From IMG/VR virus record IMGVR_UViG_3300014205_000175, positions 32,001 through 96,000 of that record: 64,000 bases of DNA; one strand, given 5' to 3'. The notes beneath the pieces were generated by a model. That model had not been told where the DNA came from and did not search any database. It worked only from the letters and a program-made list of their open reading frames with translations. How positions within the stretch are numbered: the first letter of the stretch is position 1; each line of letters begins with the position of its first letter. The translations under genes were made by a program, and so were the position numbers. This stretch comes from a virus. Lineage: Duplodnaviria > Caudoviricetes. Below, piece after piece: positions 31,701-41,122 of this stretch.

Positions 31701-33014
31701 CATAACAATGACATGGGAACGATCTCTGAATCCACTGTCGATAGCGGTGATGTGTCGATTAACACCTATATGTCAGGCAATCCGCAGCTCACCAACCTGC
31801 GTGGTGTGACGCGCGACTTTGATATGCAGCGAGACGGATCTACATCGTTACTGTCGAGCTCAGCACTACTAGCACCCGGTGCAGTGAACGATGATCCGAA
31901 ACGGGTAAACTTCATCGGCGTGCAAAATGCTCACACAGTAGCTTGTGCGGGGTATCGTCAACCGTATTTAAAAACCGGTTATGAATACGTCGTACCGTAT
32001 CGCGTCGGTAAACTCTACGCCTATATGGCTGAGCAAGATGGCCGTGTGGCTGAACTCAGTGACAAAGTCATTATCGTTGAGTACGCCGATGGTAGTAAGA
32101 CAGGTGTGAAACTAGGTCGTCAGTATGGTCGTGCAGAAGGTTCCATTTATCCGCACGACATCACCACGACATTGGTAGTAGGGAAGAAATTTATCAAGGG
32201 CGATACGATCGCTTACAATACCCAGTTCTTCGAACCCGATATGCTCGACCCGAACCGCATCGTGCTCAAATCACACATGGTAGCACGTGTGGCACTGATG
32301 GAGTCGACACAAACCCTTGAAGATGCAAGTAGTATCTCGCGTCATCTATCGGATATGTTGCAAACACGTGTCGTCAAAGAAAAGACTTTCACGGTGAGTT
32401 TCAAACAAAATATCCGTAACATCACACCTACTGGTACTGAGCTTACACCGAAAGATATCTTACTGATCCTCGAAGATGAGATCACTAGTGGTATCGATAT
32501 TTTTGATAGCGATACGATCGAGTCTCTATCGCGGCTATCGAATCTCGCACCGAAGGCTAAGGTCAAAGGTGTGCTTGATCGCTATGAGGTATATTACAAC
32601 GGGGACTTGGAAGACATGAGTCCGACACTACGTAAGTTCACTCAACAGTGTAATCGTGAGATGACTGCGAGAAGTGCTGGAACCGATTACCCCATCACCA
32701 ATGGTCGTGTTACAGAAGAGTTTCGGGTTGAAGGCAAAGCCCTACAGCTCGATACTGCTGTTATCAAAGTCTACATCGTTGTTAGTGACAAAGCCAGTCT
32801 TGGTGACAAATGCGTGTTTGCTAACCAGATGAAATCTGTTATCTCCGAAGTACTCTACTATGACGTTAAGACTGAAACGGGTAGCGAAATAGAAGCGATT
32901 TTCTCCTACAAAAGTCTTAACAACCGTATCGTCAATAGCCCGCAGATGATCGGCACCACGATCACGCTTCTCAAGAAGATCGCAGAAAATGCCGTAGCGA
33001 TGTACGATAAGTAA
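28758..33014 (+). CDS. Virion RNA polymerase beta subunit (phiKZ gp178-like)
   Basis: About 1418 aa. GTISESTVDSGDV, NDDPKRVNF, EDASSIS and LGDKCVFANQMKSVI RpoB-like motifs. Confidence 0.93.
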   Translation: MLLEYSVYYKKFGIRRLGQLFNPPINTLDQLHLSRESTYHYVSHDVDVVMPDANSSLFSGYGKKVWVSHVSTLTSTEGAPKPLNKLVKALFRDWHLKNNKLFKYVEDPTAIVPDALTLVVYNYGLLHATYRYLKTPMADYYRWFNIEKTRWDNIATVVDKTQRQQFVIVDTPKVLPSVGMLKMFSGKVSIRTTKIFDNSERRMVLELWKWIDPATRGESTLSSLSKEQALYTNVIFRYENSFTILNLGKLEEWRAGNEGNTENAGQPMLPVFMLQKFVLKLMMGLQANAPAAVDEEDRDEELSEPDTHSEMTQALMPNVTANATQTEPEYADSFVSHLNNLDDDLAVLEKLDQAMYSDEETVATDSDTEEEDELSEVALQANSDDAARITASIYQPADAMQQNRNTVAQLAEDGVITAAAYKDLLKQIAAAEQVKNPYDSTQLLSDYTPIAAEELALSDEGHIAPHAAIADKSMAKTTLTKFDANYVGSVIKKDILAGVQHLSNAGVLIKDYQIEKEISALGKYEIHSVKLRPLDGVESTVYFRVPEIDQDGELYIASNKARMRKQRSDLPIRKISHDSVALSSYYGKVFVNRTERRQYDEVTWLADIIREIGMAGGNETIRKVTPGNVFNNHLKVPRIYSGLSMHFKYIDTANYHLVFDHQERLKLLDIEQLAKIEINGWVLCGHTRKKEPILVNPSGLFSIYRDNSYVAIGNVYQLLMLDASKAPIQYSELKIFSKAVPLAVVLGYYFGLSDIIKLVQGNPKVLSAKARYTPSSDEWVMRFSDYKLVFNKTNTAATLLLSGMLFYKDTLRQFKYSDFDARHVYMNVLDQRGINVRYLKELDTLKQLFVDPITRGVLEEMHEPTAFTGLLVRANELLMSDWHPDSNDLRYMRIKGYERVAGMVYKELVNSVRDYRSRNIRGKSQISMAPYAVWRAITQDQTVKMSEDINPINDLKEIEAVTYVGADGRAKDAMTKTAREYHNNDMGTISESTVDSGDVSINTYMSGNPQLTNLRGVTRDFDMQRDGSTSLLSSSALLAPGAVNDDPKRVNFIGVQNAHTVACAGYRQPYLKTGYEYVVPYRVGKLYAYMAEQDGRVAELSDKVIIVEYADGSKTGVKLGRQYGRAEGSIYPHDITTTLVVGKKFIKGDTIAYNTQFFEPDMLDPNRIVLKSHMVARVALMESTQTLEDASSISRHLSDMLQTRVVKEKTFTVSFKQNIRNITPTGTELTPKDILLILEDEITSGIDIFDSDTIESLSRLSNLAPKAKVKGVLDRYEVYYNGDLEDMSPTLRKFTQQCNREMTARSAGTDYPITNGRVTEEFRVEGKALQLDTAVIKVYIVVSDKASLGDKCVFANQMKSVISEVLYYDVKTETGSEIEAIFSYKSLNNRIVNSPQMIGTTITLLKKIAENAVAMYDK

Positions 33015-33124
33015 CAGCACGTGGTGAATGGAGGGCGGGCAGTTACTAAATATGCCCGCCCACTAACGTTAAATAGTTTGGGACCCATTCACCTATAGTA
33101 ATCCACCCCAGTCAGGAGCTTTTT

Positions 33125-33325
33125 ATGAGCGTTCACAATCTACGTATGCAGCAGTCGGTGGTCACGATTGCTAACACGGCAGAGCTTTCTGCCCGCGTCA
33201 TTCGGGAATTTTCGGGCAACGACATCGCCAATTCCCTCAACAACAATCCGCTGACGTTCGATGCTTTGCGGGGACTAGTCATCTCGCGCATTCAGCATAA
33301 TCTGTCGAAAATGCAACCGGTGTAA
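33125..33325 (+). CDS. Small conserved protein downstream of vRNAP beta
   Basis: 66 aa with AGGAG RBS. Confidence 0.6.
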   Translation: MSVHNLRMQQSVVTIANTAELSARVIREFSGNDIANSLNNNPLTFDALRGLVISRIQHNLSKMQPV

Positions 33326-33340
33326 CAGGGAGTCTTCTCA

Positions 33341-34789
33341 ATGCTTTCTCAATCGACTGTAGTCGCTGCTGCTGCACTAGCTGATTCCCTGGCGGCGCGT
33401 TCGCTAACCCTGCAAGCTCGACCCAACACGGTCATCAGCGAGCTTAACCGTGCCACCAATGCCGCAGCACTCGATGCAGTGGCACTGCCCGATATCGACA
33501 AATGGGAGAACTTCGATGCTGCCGCTTATGGTGGTTTCATCGAGCACATTACGTTCAATCTCGATAACCCGACGCAACACGATCTGGTGATCCAGAACTA
33601 CACCGATGATCTGCGTCAAGCGGTGCTGTCGCACATCCAGTTTGCGCGCAACATCGTCAAACCGGTAGTGATCGATTTCGCTGAACGACTGCAGCAGCAT
33701 CTGCAAAATACCATGGTACCCACGGCTGAAGATCAGTTTACGGTGACGGTATTCGAAGTACCAGAGCCTCTTTCTGACATCGTATTTACCGAGTCGCTCA
33801 ACCGCTATCGCAACACGCCGCTGCATCCGCCGCAAGCTAAAATGCAGCTCAAAGCGTTCGGCGATGAATCATTACTGCCGTATTTGCTCACTGGTGAAGA
33901 TGAAGTCGATCGCCAGATCGCTGACTGGTATGGTCGCACGCAGAAAGACAATTACACCGAGATGTTTCTCGATGTCACGAATCCTACTATCGTCGTACAA
34001 CCTGTGTCACTGGCCCGTCAGGTCAATCGCTGGTTGTTTAGCTATCTGCTCAGCAATGCGCTATACAACAAAGCCGACATGTTCGACGATACCACTAGCT
34101 TGAGTCTCTCGACCCATAAGTCAGTGGCTGCCAACTATCGCGACTATAGCGGGGCAATGCTCGTTAAAGCTCTAGACCATTTGGCTATGTTGAATAAAAA
34201 TAACGTGCTAGTGATGGAAGCATTGGCATCGGTTAAATCGATCACTGTCAATGGTGATGTGTATCGCGCGTGGCTGGCTGATGGTGGTTGCACGGAAGTG
34301 CTCTTTGCTCTACTCATTACCAATGCACCCTATAAGACCGCAGCACAAATCCAGCCTCATCTAGAGCGTCTTAATCGTGAATGGACTTCGTACAAGCTTT
34401 TCTGGTCGAATAGCCAGTCCAATCGTCGACTGAGCATCGTCAAAGAAAGTGCGCGGTTGATTTTCCGCGAGACGATGACACATCTGAGTGAAGATGAGCA
34501 AGAGTACGTTAAAACCCATAACGACTATATGGGAAATGTCGATCGTCTGCTCAGTAAATTCACTGAGAATCTCAAGCTCTCTGATCTTAACGACATCTAC
34601 GCACTGGCTCTGAAACTCGTGTGTAACTGCCGCTTCTACTATACTGATGCTGAATGCATTCTGAGCGAGATCGAAGAGATCTCGAAGCAAAACCCTGACA
34701 TCGATGTAAGGGAAGCTGCGCTTATCGCTACTATCCACTACCTGGTTGACTTCATGTGCGACCAGCTGCTGCTTACGAGCAAAGTGTAA
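33341..34789 (+). CDS. Virion/head protein (phiKZ gp177-like)
   Basis: 482 aa with GGGAG RBS; synteny between vRNAP beta and the gp176/protease homologs. Confidence 0.6.
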   Translation: MLSQSTVVAAAALADSLAARSLTLQARPNTVISELNRATNAAALDAVALPDIDKWENFDAAAYGGFIEHITFNLDNPTQHDLVIQNYTDDLRQAVLSHIQFARNIVKPVVIDFAERLQQHLQNTMVPTAEDQFTVTVFEVPEPLSDIVFTESLNRYRNTPLHPPQAKMQLKAFGDESLLPYLLTGEDEVDRQIADWYGRTQKDNYTEMFLDVTNPTIVVQPVSLARQVNRWLFSYLLSNALYNKADMFDDTTSLSLSTHKSVAANYRDYSGAMLVKALDHLAMLNKNNVLVMEALASVKSITVNGDVYRAWLADGGCTEVLFALLITNAPYKTAAQIQPHLERLNREWTSYKLFWSNSQSNRRLSIVKESARLIFRETMTHLSEDEQEYVKTHNDYMGNVDRLLSKFTENLKLSDLNDIYALALKLVCNCRFYYTDAECILSEIEEISKQNPDIDVREAALIATIHYLVDFMCDQLLLTSKV

Positions 34790-34857
34790 TCCACCTACCC
34801 ATCTTGCCGGCCTTTTGGGCATGGCAGGATGGGTAGTATGTGATTTTTTTATGGTGA

Positions 34858-34918
34858 CATATATAATATATGAAGACTGTCACTAACGACATCTTCTAAT
34901 TTCCAAGGAGCCGCCATC
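34858..34918 (+). promoter_or_regulatory. Early promoter motif + stem-loop + RBS leader
   Basis: CATATATAATATATG, GAAGACTGTC..GACATCTTC stem, AAGGAG; homologous to 56873-56938. Confidence 0.7.
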
Positions 34919-35485
34919 ATGAACGAGAAACTGCAGGAACTCGCTGATGAATGCCGCCGCAACTTCATGTTCTCAAAGAAAATCGAAGGTGGATACATCG
35001 GACCGAAGGGTGAGTTCATTCCTGTTCCTGCCGGCATTAGGCGCGTCGGCTTCAACTATGCCAATGGCAATGGTGGGTGGAGAATTGATCTAAAGTCAGG
35101 AAATAAAGCAAAAACCCGATTAGAAGTACGAGACTCACCTTTCCATCATGACTACATGGCCTCGTTGCAAGAAGCCCTCCGGCAACTTCATATACTCAAA
35201 CCAGAAGGGTTGTTGAAATCACAAACACGACATGCAGTAAAAGAACACGCTCACAAAAAAATAAAACTAGGAGTCGTCGGCGTTAGGTTCAATACCGCAT
35301 TTTCTCGCGGACATTGCTACCATTCTTTCATCGTAATGTGGGGGAAGAAGCGGAAAACAATACCTATCCCCCGCGACTACACCCAAGCTCAGTTTGATGC
35401 AGGTTTGGAAAAAGCCAAAACCATACGTCAGGAGTTTGAGCGCATCAAGTTGGAGAAGAGTCGCTTTACCACTGACAGTAAATAA
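34919..35485 (+). CDS. 188-aa paralog 1, putative double AP2-like DNA-binding protein
   Basis: Basic. VPAGIRR..GGWRI..RDS..ASLQEA and LGVVGVRF..F..G..AQFDAGLEKAK.IR, i.e. two beta3-alpha modules. Confidence 0.55.
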   Translation: MNEKLQELADECRRNFMFSKKIEGGYIGPKGEFIPVPAGIRRVGFNYANGNGGWRIDLKSGNKAKTRLEVRDSPFHHDYMASLQEALRQLHILKPEGLLKSQTRHAVKEHAHKKIKLGVVGVRFNTAFSRGHCYHSFIVMWGKKRKTIPIPRDYTQAQFDAGLEKAKTIRQEFERIKLEKSRFTTDSK

Positions 35486-35547
35486 TCTTCCGCCATATAC
35501 TAGGGCTAACACTACCGTCAGCCCACTAAATCTAAGGAGCTTCCAAT

Positions 35548-36114
35548 ATGGACAAGGAACTGAAAAAGCTTGCCGCTGAATGCCGTCACAAGTTCATGTT
35601 CTCAAAGAAAATCAAAGGTGGTTACATCGGGCCGAAAGGCGAGTTTATTCCTGTCCCGACAGGCGTCAGACGCAATGGCCGTGACTACGCCAACGCCAAC
35701 GGCGGATGGAGAATCAGCATAAGATCGAAACATAAAACAGAAATCCAGATAGATGTGCGGGATTATTGTTTCCATCACGATTACAAGGCTTCGTTACAAG
35801 AAGCCATTCGACAACTGAGTACTTTCAGACCGGAAGGGTTGCTAAAATCGCTAAAGCTACACACAGAAAAAGAACGCAGTCATAAAAAAATAAAACTAGG
35901 AATCTCTGGTGTTAGGTTCGAAACCTTGGACTGTAAGGGTCGACGTTATTATTATTTCACAGTAACGTGTGGGAAAACACAACGAAGAGTACCTGTCCCT
36001 CGTAACTACACCCAGGCTGAGTTTGATGCAGGTCTGGAAAAAGCCAAAACCATGCGTCAAGAGTTCGAACGTAACAAGATGGAGAAGAACCGTTTTACCG
36101 CTGACCTTAAATAA
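35548..36114 (+). CDS. 188-aa paralog 2, putative double AP2-like protein
   Basis: Clear paralog of 34919..35485. Confidence 0.55.
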   Translation: MDKELKKLAAECRHKFMFSKKIKGGYIGPKGEFIPVPTGVRRNGRDYANANGGWRISIRSKHKTEIQIDVRDYCFHHDYKASLQEAIRQLSTFRPEGLLKSLKLHTEKERSHKKIKLGISGVRFETLDCKGRRYYYFTVTCGKTQRRVPVPRNYTQAEFDAGLEKAKTMRQEFERNKMEKNRFTADLK

Positions 36115-36177
36115 TCGCTCGTTGTACATTCGGGTTAGCACTATCGCTAACCCGTTAATTTCTAAGGAACTACCACT

Positions 36178-36744
36178 ATGGACGAGAAACTGAAAAAACT
36201 GGCCGACGAATGCCGGTTAAATCGCATGTTTTCAAAGAAGACTGACGGGGGCTATTTTGGCCCGCGTGGAGAATTTATCCGTGTTCCTACCGGCATTGCG
36301 AGAATTGGTCGCAACTACGCTGAGAAATCCGGCGGGTGGAAAATTCACATCTTGAAAGCAGGCCAGCCTAAAATTATTATTCCGGTCAGGGATTCTCAAT
36401 TCAGTGGTGACTACATGGCTTCGCTACGTAAAGCCATTAAACAGTTGTCCGAACTCAAGCCCGACGGGGTGTTGCTTTCTAAAAAAGGTGTCAAGAAAAC
36501 CGAGGCTTCTAATAAACAGGTAAAGCTAGGAATGGCTGGCATCAGATTCAATCGTATCACTCGTAACGGAAAATCCTATTACTCATTTTCAGCGCTATGC
36601 GGGGATAAAAAGAAAACAGTCTGCATTCCTCCAGATTACACACCTGCGCAATTCGATGAAGGTTTAGCGAAAGTCAAAACTCTTCGAAGCGAATTTGAGC
36701 ATCAGCACACCCAAAACCGTCTTTTTACTGGCGGTAGTGTGTAA
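36178..36744 (+). CDS. 188-aa paralog 3, putative double AP2-like protein
   Basis: Clear paralog (GP.GEFI.VPTGI, YT.AQFD). Confidence 0.55.
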   Translation: MDEKLKKLADECRLNRMFSKKTDGGYFGPRGEFIRVPTGIARIGRNYAEKSGGWKIHILKAGQPKIIIPVRDSQFSGDYMASLRKAIKQLSELKPDGVLLSKKGVKKTEASNKQVKLGMAGIRFNRITRNGKSYYSFSALCGDKKKTVCIPPDYTPAQFDEGLAKVKTLRSEFEHQHTQNRLFTGGSV

Positions 36745-36791
36745 CATATTTGAGCTAGTAATATCGTCAGTCCCCTATAGGAGCTTCTACC

Positions 36792-37358
36792 GTGAAACAA
36801 GACTTACAGAAGATCGCCGACGAGTGTCGCGAGAAACGCTGCTTCTCCAAGAAAATCGGGAAAGGATGTTTTGGTCCTAAAGGTGAATTTATTCCACTAC
36901 CTACGGGTATTAGTCGCAAAGGAAAAAATTTCATTTACTCAGGTAGCTGGATAGTCAGAACACATACAAGAAACTTGCCTCCGATCATATTCACATTCCT
37001 AGACTCTGATGTTCATTGTGATTACATGGTATCTTTGAGCAGAGCCATCGAGAAACTAAAAGAACTCAAGAATAATAAAGTGTTCGTGACAGGCAACCAC
37101 CTTAATCAACACGAAAGTAAAAGCAAGAAACTGAAATTTGATATCGTAGGAGTTAGTTTTCACCTCCATAAAAGACGAATGTGTAGACTGCCGGTTCCTA
37201 CTTTTACCGCGTCGTGCGGTTACAAACGGAAAAAATTCACACTGCCTTGTATCTACACCCAGGCACAGTTCGATTCCAAACTGAAAGAAGCTATAGCCTG
37301 GCGTAAGGAGATGGAAAAACAGCGGTTGCAGGAAGTCGGGTTCGATAAGTTCAAATAA
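36792..37358 (+). CDS. 188-aa paralog 4, putative double AP2-like protein
   Basis: Most diverged copy; GPKGEFIPLPTGI and YTQAQFD retained. Confidence 0.55.
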   Translation: MKQDLQKIADECREKRCFSKKIGKGCFGPKGEFIPLPTGISRKGKNFIYSGSWIVRTHTRNLPPIIFTFLDSDVHCDYMVSLSRAIEKLKELKNNKVFVTGNHLNQHESKSKKLKFDIVGVSFHLHKRRMCRLPVPTFTASCGYKRKKFTLPCIYTQAQFDSKLKEAIAWRKEMEKQRLQEVGFDKFK

Positions 37359-37448
37359 CCGATAGCGATTCCGATGCACCTGCTCTGCTACTTTGGTCTA
37401 CTAGCCTTGTAGTGGGGTTATTCGGTTTTTAACTATATAGGTATTCCC

Positions 37449-37919
37449 ATGAAACAACTCCGCGATACCCTATCTAAAGTTCTTAGGTCGACCCATCCTC
37501 ACAGCGAAGTAGAGACTCTCATTGCCAATACCGTGACTAAGTACGACATACAGCGAATCATCGAACACGGTTCACTGATATCGTTGCCGGTTAAAGAGAG
37601 CTCTCCCTCTCGGCTAGGGGAATGCCACGCTATGACCGCTTATCAACACATGCTCAACCCTTCGATCCAAGTGTACAGTGGATTTTGCTTGATCTTTGAG
37701 GACGTAGTAGCTGATCAGTGGTATCACCATAGTTTCGCAGTACAAGATGGCTACATACTCGAACCCACTAACTGGATAAGAAATAAGTATTTTGGGGTTG
37801 CGTTAGACCGTCAACAGACCCGTGCATTCGTTCTTAACGAAGTGGATAAACTACTGGCATTAGCTAAATGGATGGATCTAGACACTGACTTGATCGCCAA
37901 CTATCGTCACACTCACTGA
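37449..37919 (+). CDS. Putative papain/transglutaminase-fold protein
   Basis: GECH...WYHHSF...DGYILEPT gives a Cys-His-acidic arrangement. Confidence 0.45.
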   Translation: MKQLRDTLSKVLRSTHPHSEVETLIANTVTKYDIQRIIEHGSLISLPVKESSPSRLGECHAMTAYQHMLNPSIQVYSGFCLIFEDVVADQWYHHSFAVQDGYILEPTNWIRNKYFGVALDRQQTRAFVLNEVDKLLALAKWMDLDTDLIANYRHTH

Positions 37920-37929
37920 GGTTCTTGTT

Positions 37930-38346
37930 ATGCTCATTTCAGCAGCAGCTATCCAGCATTTGCGTCAGCAAGAAATTCAGAAACATCCGGATGAACGCGT
38001 CTTGATAGGTTCTCCGTGTGAATATTTTTTCATGACCTACAATGAAGATTCTGATAATGTAGTCTGTGGTGTGAAAGCTGTAATCATAGAACTTAGCAAA
38101 TTTTCCACCGAGACTGAAGTGTTTGCTGCCGATCTAGCGATTCTATCTCACGTACCGGAAATGTACGTGCGGTGTGAAGATTTGAAAGTTGTTGGGAGGA
38201 AACTTACTGACGCCGATGGTGATGAGTCGATTTGTTTTATCGAGGCACAGCACTACAAAGAAATCATTCAAACCATTAATGACAACTATCGACCAAATTC
38301 CAGTAGTCTTCGGCTGGTTTGGTCTAACGATAAGAAAGATCAATAG
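37930..38346 (+). CDS. Hypothetical protein
   Basis: 138 aa with GAGG RBS. Confidence 0.55.
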   Translation: MLISAAAIQHLRQQEIQKHPDERVLIGSPCEYFFMTYNEDSDNVVCGVKAVIIELSKFSTETEVFAADLAILSHVPEMYVRCEDLKVVGRKLTDADGDESICFIEAQHYKEIIQTINDNYRPNSSSLRLVWSNDKKDQ

Positions 38347-38356
38347 AGGTATCATC

Positions 38357-38980
38357 GTGCAAACCATCAAAGTCAATACTCGTGAAGAACTCATCGCTAT
38401 CGTCCGTGCTGCAGCACCTGACGCGGATCTGAATCACTTTGATGTGAGCGACATCACCGATATGTCGTGGGTATTCTGTAATAGTCAGTTCAACGGTGAC
38501 ATCTCGGGATGGGACGTCAGTCGTGTCACCGATATGGACGGTATGTTCAACAGTAGCTCGTTCAACGGCAATATCAGCCGATGGGATGTATCGCGCGTTA
38601 CTGATATGTATGCAATGTTCGCCGATAGCTCGTTCAATAGCGACATCTCAGGATGGGATGTATCGCACGTTACTGACATGGCTGGCATGTTCGGCGACAG
38701 TCAGTTCAACGGCGATATCAGTCACTGGAACGTATCAAATGTCACTGACATGGCTGGCATGTTCGCGTATAGTCACTTTAATGGTGATATCTCGGCGTGG
38801 GATGTGGGACAGGTTATCGACATGGAAGAGATGTTTGGCGATAGTCAGTTTAATGGTGACATTTCTAAATGGAACGTTAGCAACGTCATCAACATGCGAT
38901 GGATATTCAGCGACAGTCAGTTCAACGGTGATATCAGTAGTTGGAACATCAATCCCGGAGCTAGTGTGACACCAGCATAA
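38357..38980 (+). CDS. DUF285/BspA-type repeat protein, copy 1
   Basis: Eight 22-aa repeats of the form WDVSxVTDMxxMFxxSxFNGDIS; GTG start at 38357 after GAGG. Confidence 0.9.
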   Translation: MQTIKVNTREELIAIVRAAAPDADLNHFDVSDITDMSWVFCNSQFNGDISGWDVSRVTDMDGMFNSSSFNGNISRWDVSRVTDMYAMFADSSFNSDISGWDVSHVTDMAGMFGDSQFNGDISHWNVSNVTDMAGMFAYSHFNGDISAWDVGQVIDMEEMFGDSQFNGDISKWNVSNVINMRWIFSDSQFNGDISSWNINPGASVTPA

Positions 38981-38989
38981 CTAATAAAC

Positions 38990-39029
38990 CATCCACAGGC
39001 GCAGCCTTAACGGGCTGCGCCTGTGGATG
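38990..39029 (+). terminator. 17-bp hairpin closing the accessory island
   Basis: CATCCACAGGCGCAGCC/GGCTGCGCCTGTGGATG. Confidence 0.7.
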
Positions 39030-39086
39030 ACAGAAATTATTTTTTTGACTGAACTACTATCTTTTGGTAACTTTAGGAAGACTATC

Positions 39087-39794
39087 ATGAAACGTAATGC
39101 TAAGGCCATCATAGCCAATCTGTACGAATCGAAAGATCACAAACTCTACACGCGTAAAGACTGCATTATTCAATTCCCCAAACGCTTTATCGATCGCGGC
39201 ATGGGGGAGATCGGTGCAGAGAACCACATCTTTGGCATCTACGCTATCATCATGGGAGATGAATACGCTGTGAGTGCCGTGCCATCGATGATCAAAACCG
39301 CACCGCATCAAATCAGTCAAATCGACATCGGCGAAGTGCCGTACTATAATTTCCATTATGCTGCTGGTAGTGCTATAATGGAAAACACTCATCTGGTTAA
39401 AAAAGAGACTCTCGTCTATAGCGTTATGGAAGAGTTCTTTTTGAAAGGTAATGTGCCGTGGTATATCAATTATGAAGACCTAGGCAAAATCTTCGACAAA
39501 GCCAAATATTACACAGGCAGTAACGTAGCGCAAAACTACGCTATTCTAGAATCGCTAGCTGCATATGTGTCACGATCAGCGAAAAAACGTAGTGTGCAAT
39601 ATCGTCACGTAATTAAAAAGCGTGAAGACCTCATCACTCCGCCTGAATACATCGGCATCTATGGTAATGTCTTTTACGCCGCTCCGGGTACGGTGGGTAA
39701 GCTCGCCGGCAGTTATTTCCAAGATGGTGTGGTGAGCGCGTTAACGCAACCTAACACCCAGTCTAGTCATGTTGAACAACTTTTACGCTCCTGA
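39087..39794 (+). CDS. Putative additional vRNAP subunit (phiKZ gp176-like, beta' C-terminal part)
   Basis: GNVPWYINYEDL and KLAGSYFQDGVVSAL motifs; synteny just upstream of the prohead protease. Confidence 0.65.
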   Translation: MKRNAKAIIANLYESKDHKLYTRKDCIIQFPKRFIDRGMGEIGAENHIFGIYAIIMGDEYAVSAVPSMIKTAPHQISQIDIGEVPYYNFHYAAGSAIMENTHLVKKETLVYSVMEEFFLKGNVPWYINYEDLGKIFDKAKYYTGSNVAQNYAILESLAAYVSRSAKKRSVQYRHVIKKREDLITPPEYIGIYGNVFYAAPGTVGKLAGSYFQDGVVSALTQPNTQSSHVEQLLRS

Positions 39795-39827
39795 CACTCT
39801 TTTAAACTCTACTAGGAAACCAGCAAA

Positions 39828-41069
39828 ATGCGCCATGTCTTAGATTTCAACACTGCTACAGAATCAGACGATCAGGTCAGCGACATGACAGATCTTCTTA
39901 CTTCCACTCCTAATTCCAGTGAGGATTTTCAAGAAGTCGAACGCTCTTTAGTTGTATTGGAACACCTTATCGATGTCTCAGAAATCATCAAAGCCAAAAA
40001 ACATATCTCCACTGAAGATTTAGCTTTTGTGCGTATCTGTAATGAAATGGCTGTAGCTGGCACGATGAGTTCGGCTGACCAGCTTCTACCTTCGATGGAG
40101 TCTTGGTCTAGTCCGGTCGTGGCTACCGAGGCTATCATGGAAGACGTAACAAGTGCCATCAAGCGAATCGCCCAGTATATCGGTTATGTGTTTAAACGTA
40201 CCGCTGACTCTTACCAGTATCATTTTACCATGTTTGAGCGTCAGTCTTCTGCTGTGGCGACAGCTCGTTACAACATCAAAAACTCCTCTGCCTCCAAATT
40301 TTCTATCGCTACTAAAGATAGCAAATATATGCACTATGGTAACAGCGAGAAAGTCAAAGATTTTCGCCAGTATCTGGATAAGTTTAAAGAAGTATCGGAG
40401 TTTTGCACTAAGTATAATAGTGCCTCGGCTGATTTTCTAAAACGCGATTTCATGCAGTCGTGGAAAAACCTAGTATCCCCTCTTACTGGCTATGATGAAA
40501 AATATCTCGAACTCTTCACCAGTTTGAAAGACTTTATCGAATCTGTAACAGCTATCAGTAGCACTACTCGTACCGGTAAGATGGGAGAGGCGGAGATTCT
40601 GCGCACTCCTAACTATCTAGGTATGTCACATGCCGAAATCTGTCAGCCTGCCAAAGGCTCTTATGATATTAAGTACGCTGAATCTTGTCGCCGTGTGCAT
40701 AAGTATTTCGCTGTGGATTTCATTCGCGATGACAAGTTTGAAACCTCTTTCTTTAAAAACACCGTGGTATTCGATAATGTCGCCAAAGCCGATATACTGA
40801 AAGCTCTAGATCTTTGCGATGAAATCATTCAAGCGTACCGTAAACACTTGGATCTGACTACGCGTCTATCACAAATGGGTTCTAGCTATGTGATGCTGGA
40901 TGCTATCAACACTGCGCTTTACCCTCCGGCGTGGTGGAAAGCTTGTCTGTCTAACTATCGCATTATGGTGCGTATGTCATCTATCATGACCGCAATGATC
41001 GAAGGTGCTTTCGTATATGCACGTGGCAACGTAGCTAAATGCGTCCAGTTGGCTAATAAAGCTAAATAA
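39828..41069 (+). CDS. Putative internal head (ejection) protein
   Basis: Acidic N-terminal propeptide with ATE|S, SME|S and ATE|A protease-type sites. Confidence 0.6.
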   Translation: MRHVLDFNTATESDDQVSDMTDLLTSTPNSSEDFQEVERSLVVLEHLIDVSEIIKAKKHISTEDLAFVRICNEMAVAGTMSSADQLLPSMESWSSPVVATEAIMEDVTSAIKRIAQYIGYVFKRTADSYQYHFTMFERQSSAVATARYNIKNSSASKFSIATKDSKYMHYGNSEKVKDFRQYLDKFKEVSEFCTKYNSASADFLKRDFMQSWKNLVSPLTGYDEKYLELFTSLKDFIESVTAISSTTRTGKMGEAEILRTPNYLGMSHAEICQPAKGSYDIKYAESCRRVHKYFAVDFIRDDKFETSFFKNTVVFDNVAKADILKALDLCDEIIQAYRKHLDLTTRLSQMGSSYVMLDAINTALYPPAWWKACLSNYRIMVRMSSIMTAMIEGAFVYARGNVAKCVQLANKAK

Positions 41070-41122
41070 TGACTCATTAGGAGTGTATCATAGACCCTTA
41101 CGTCAAAACCCGTCTATTCCTC

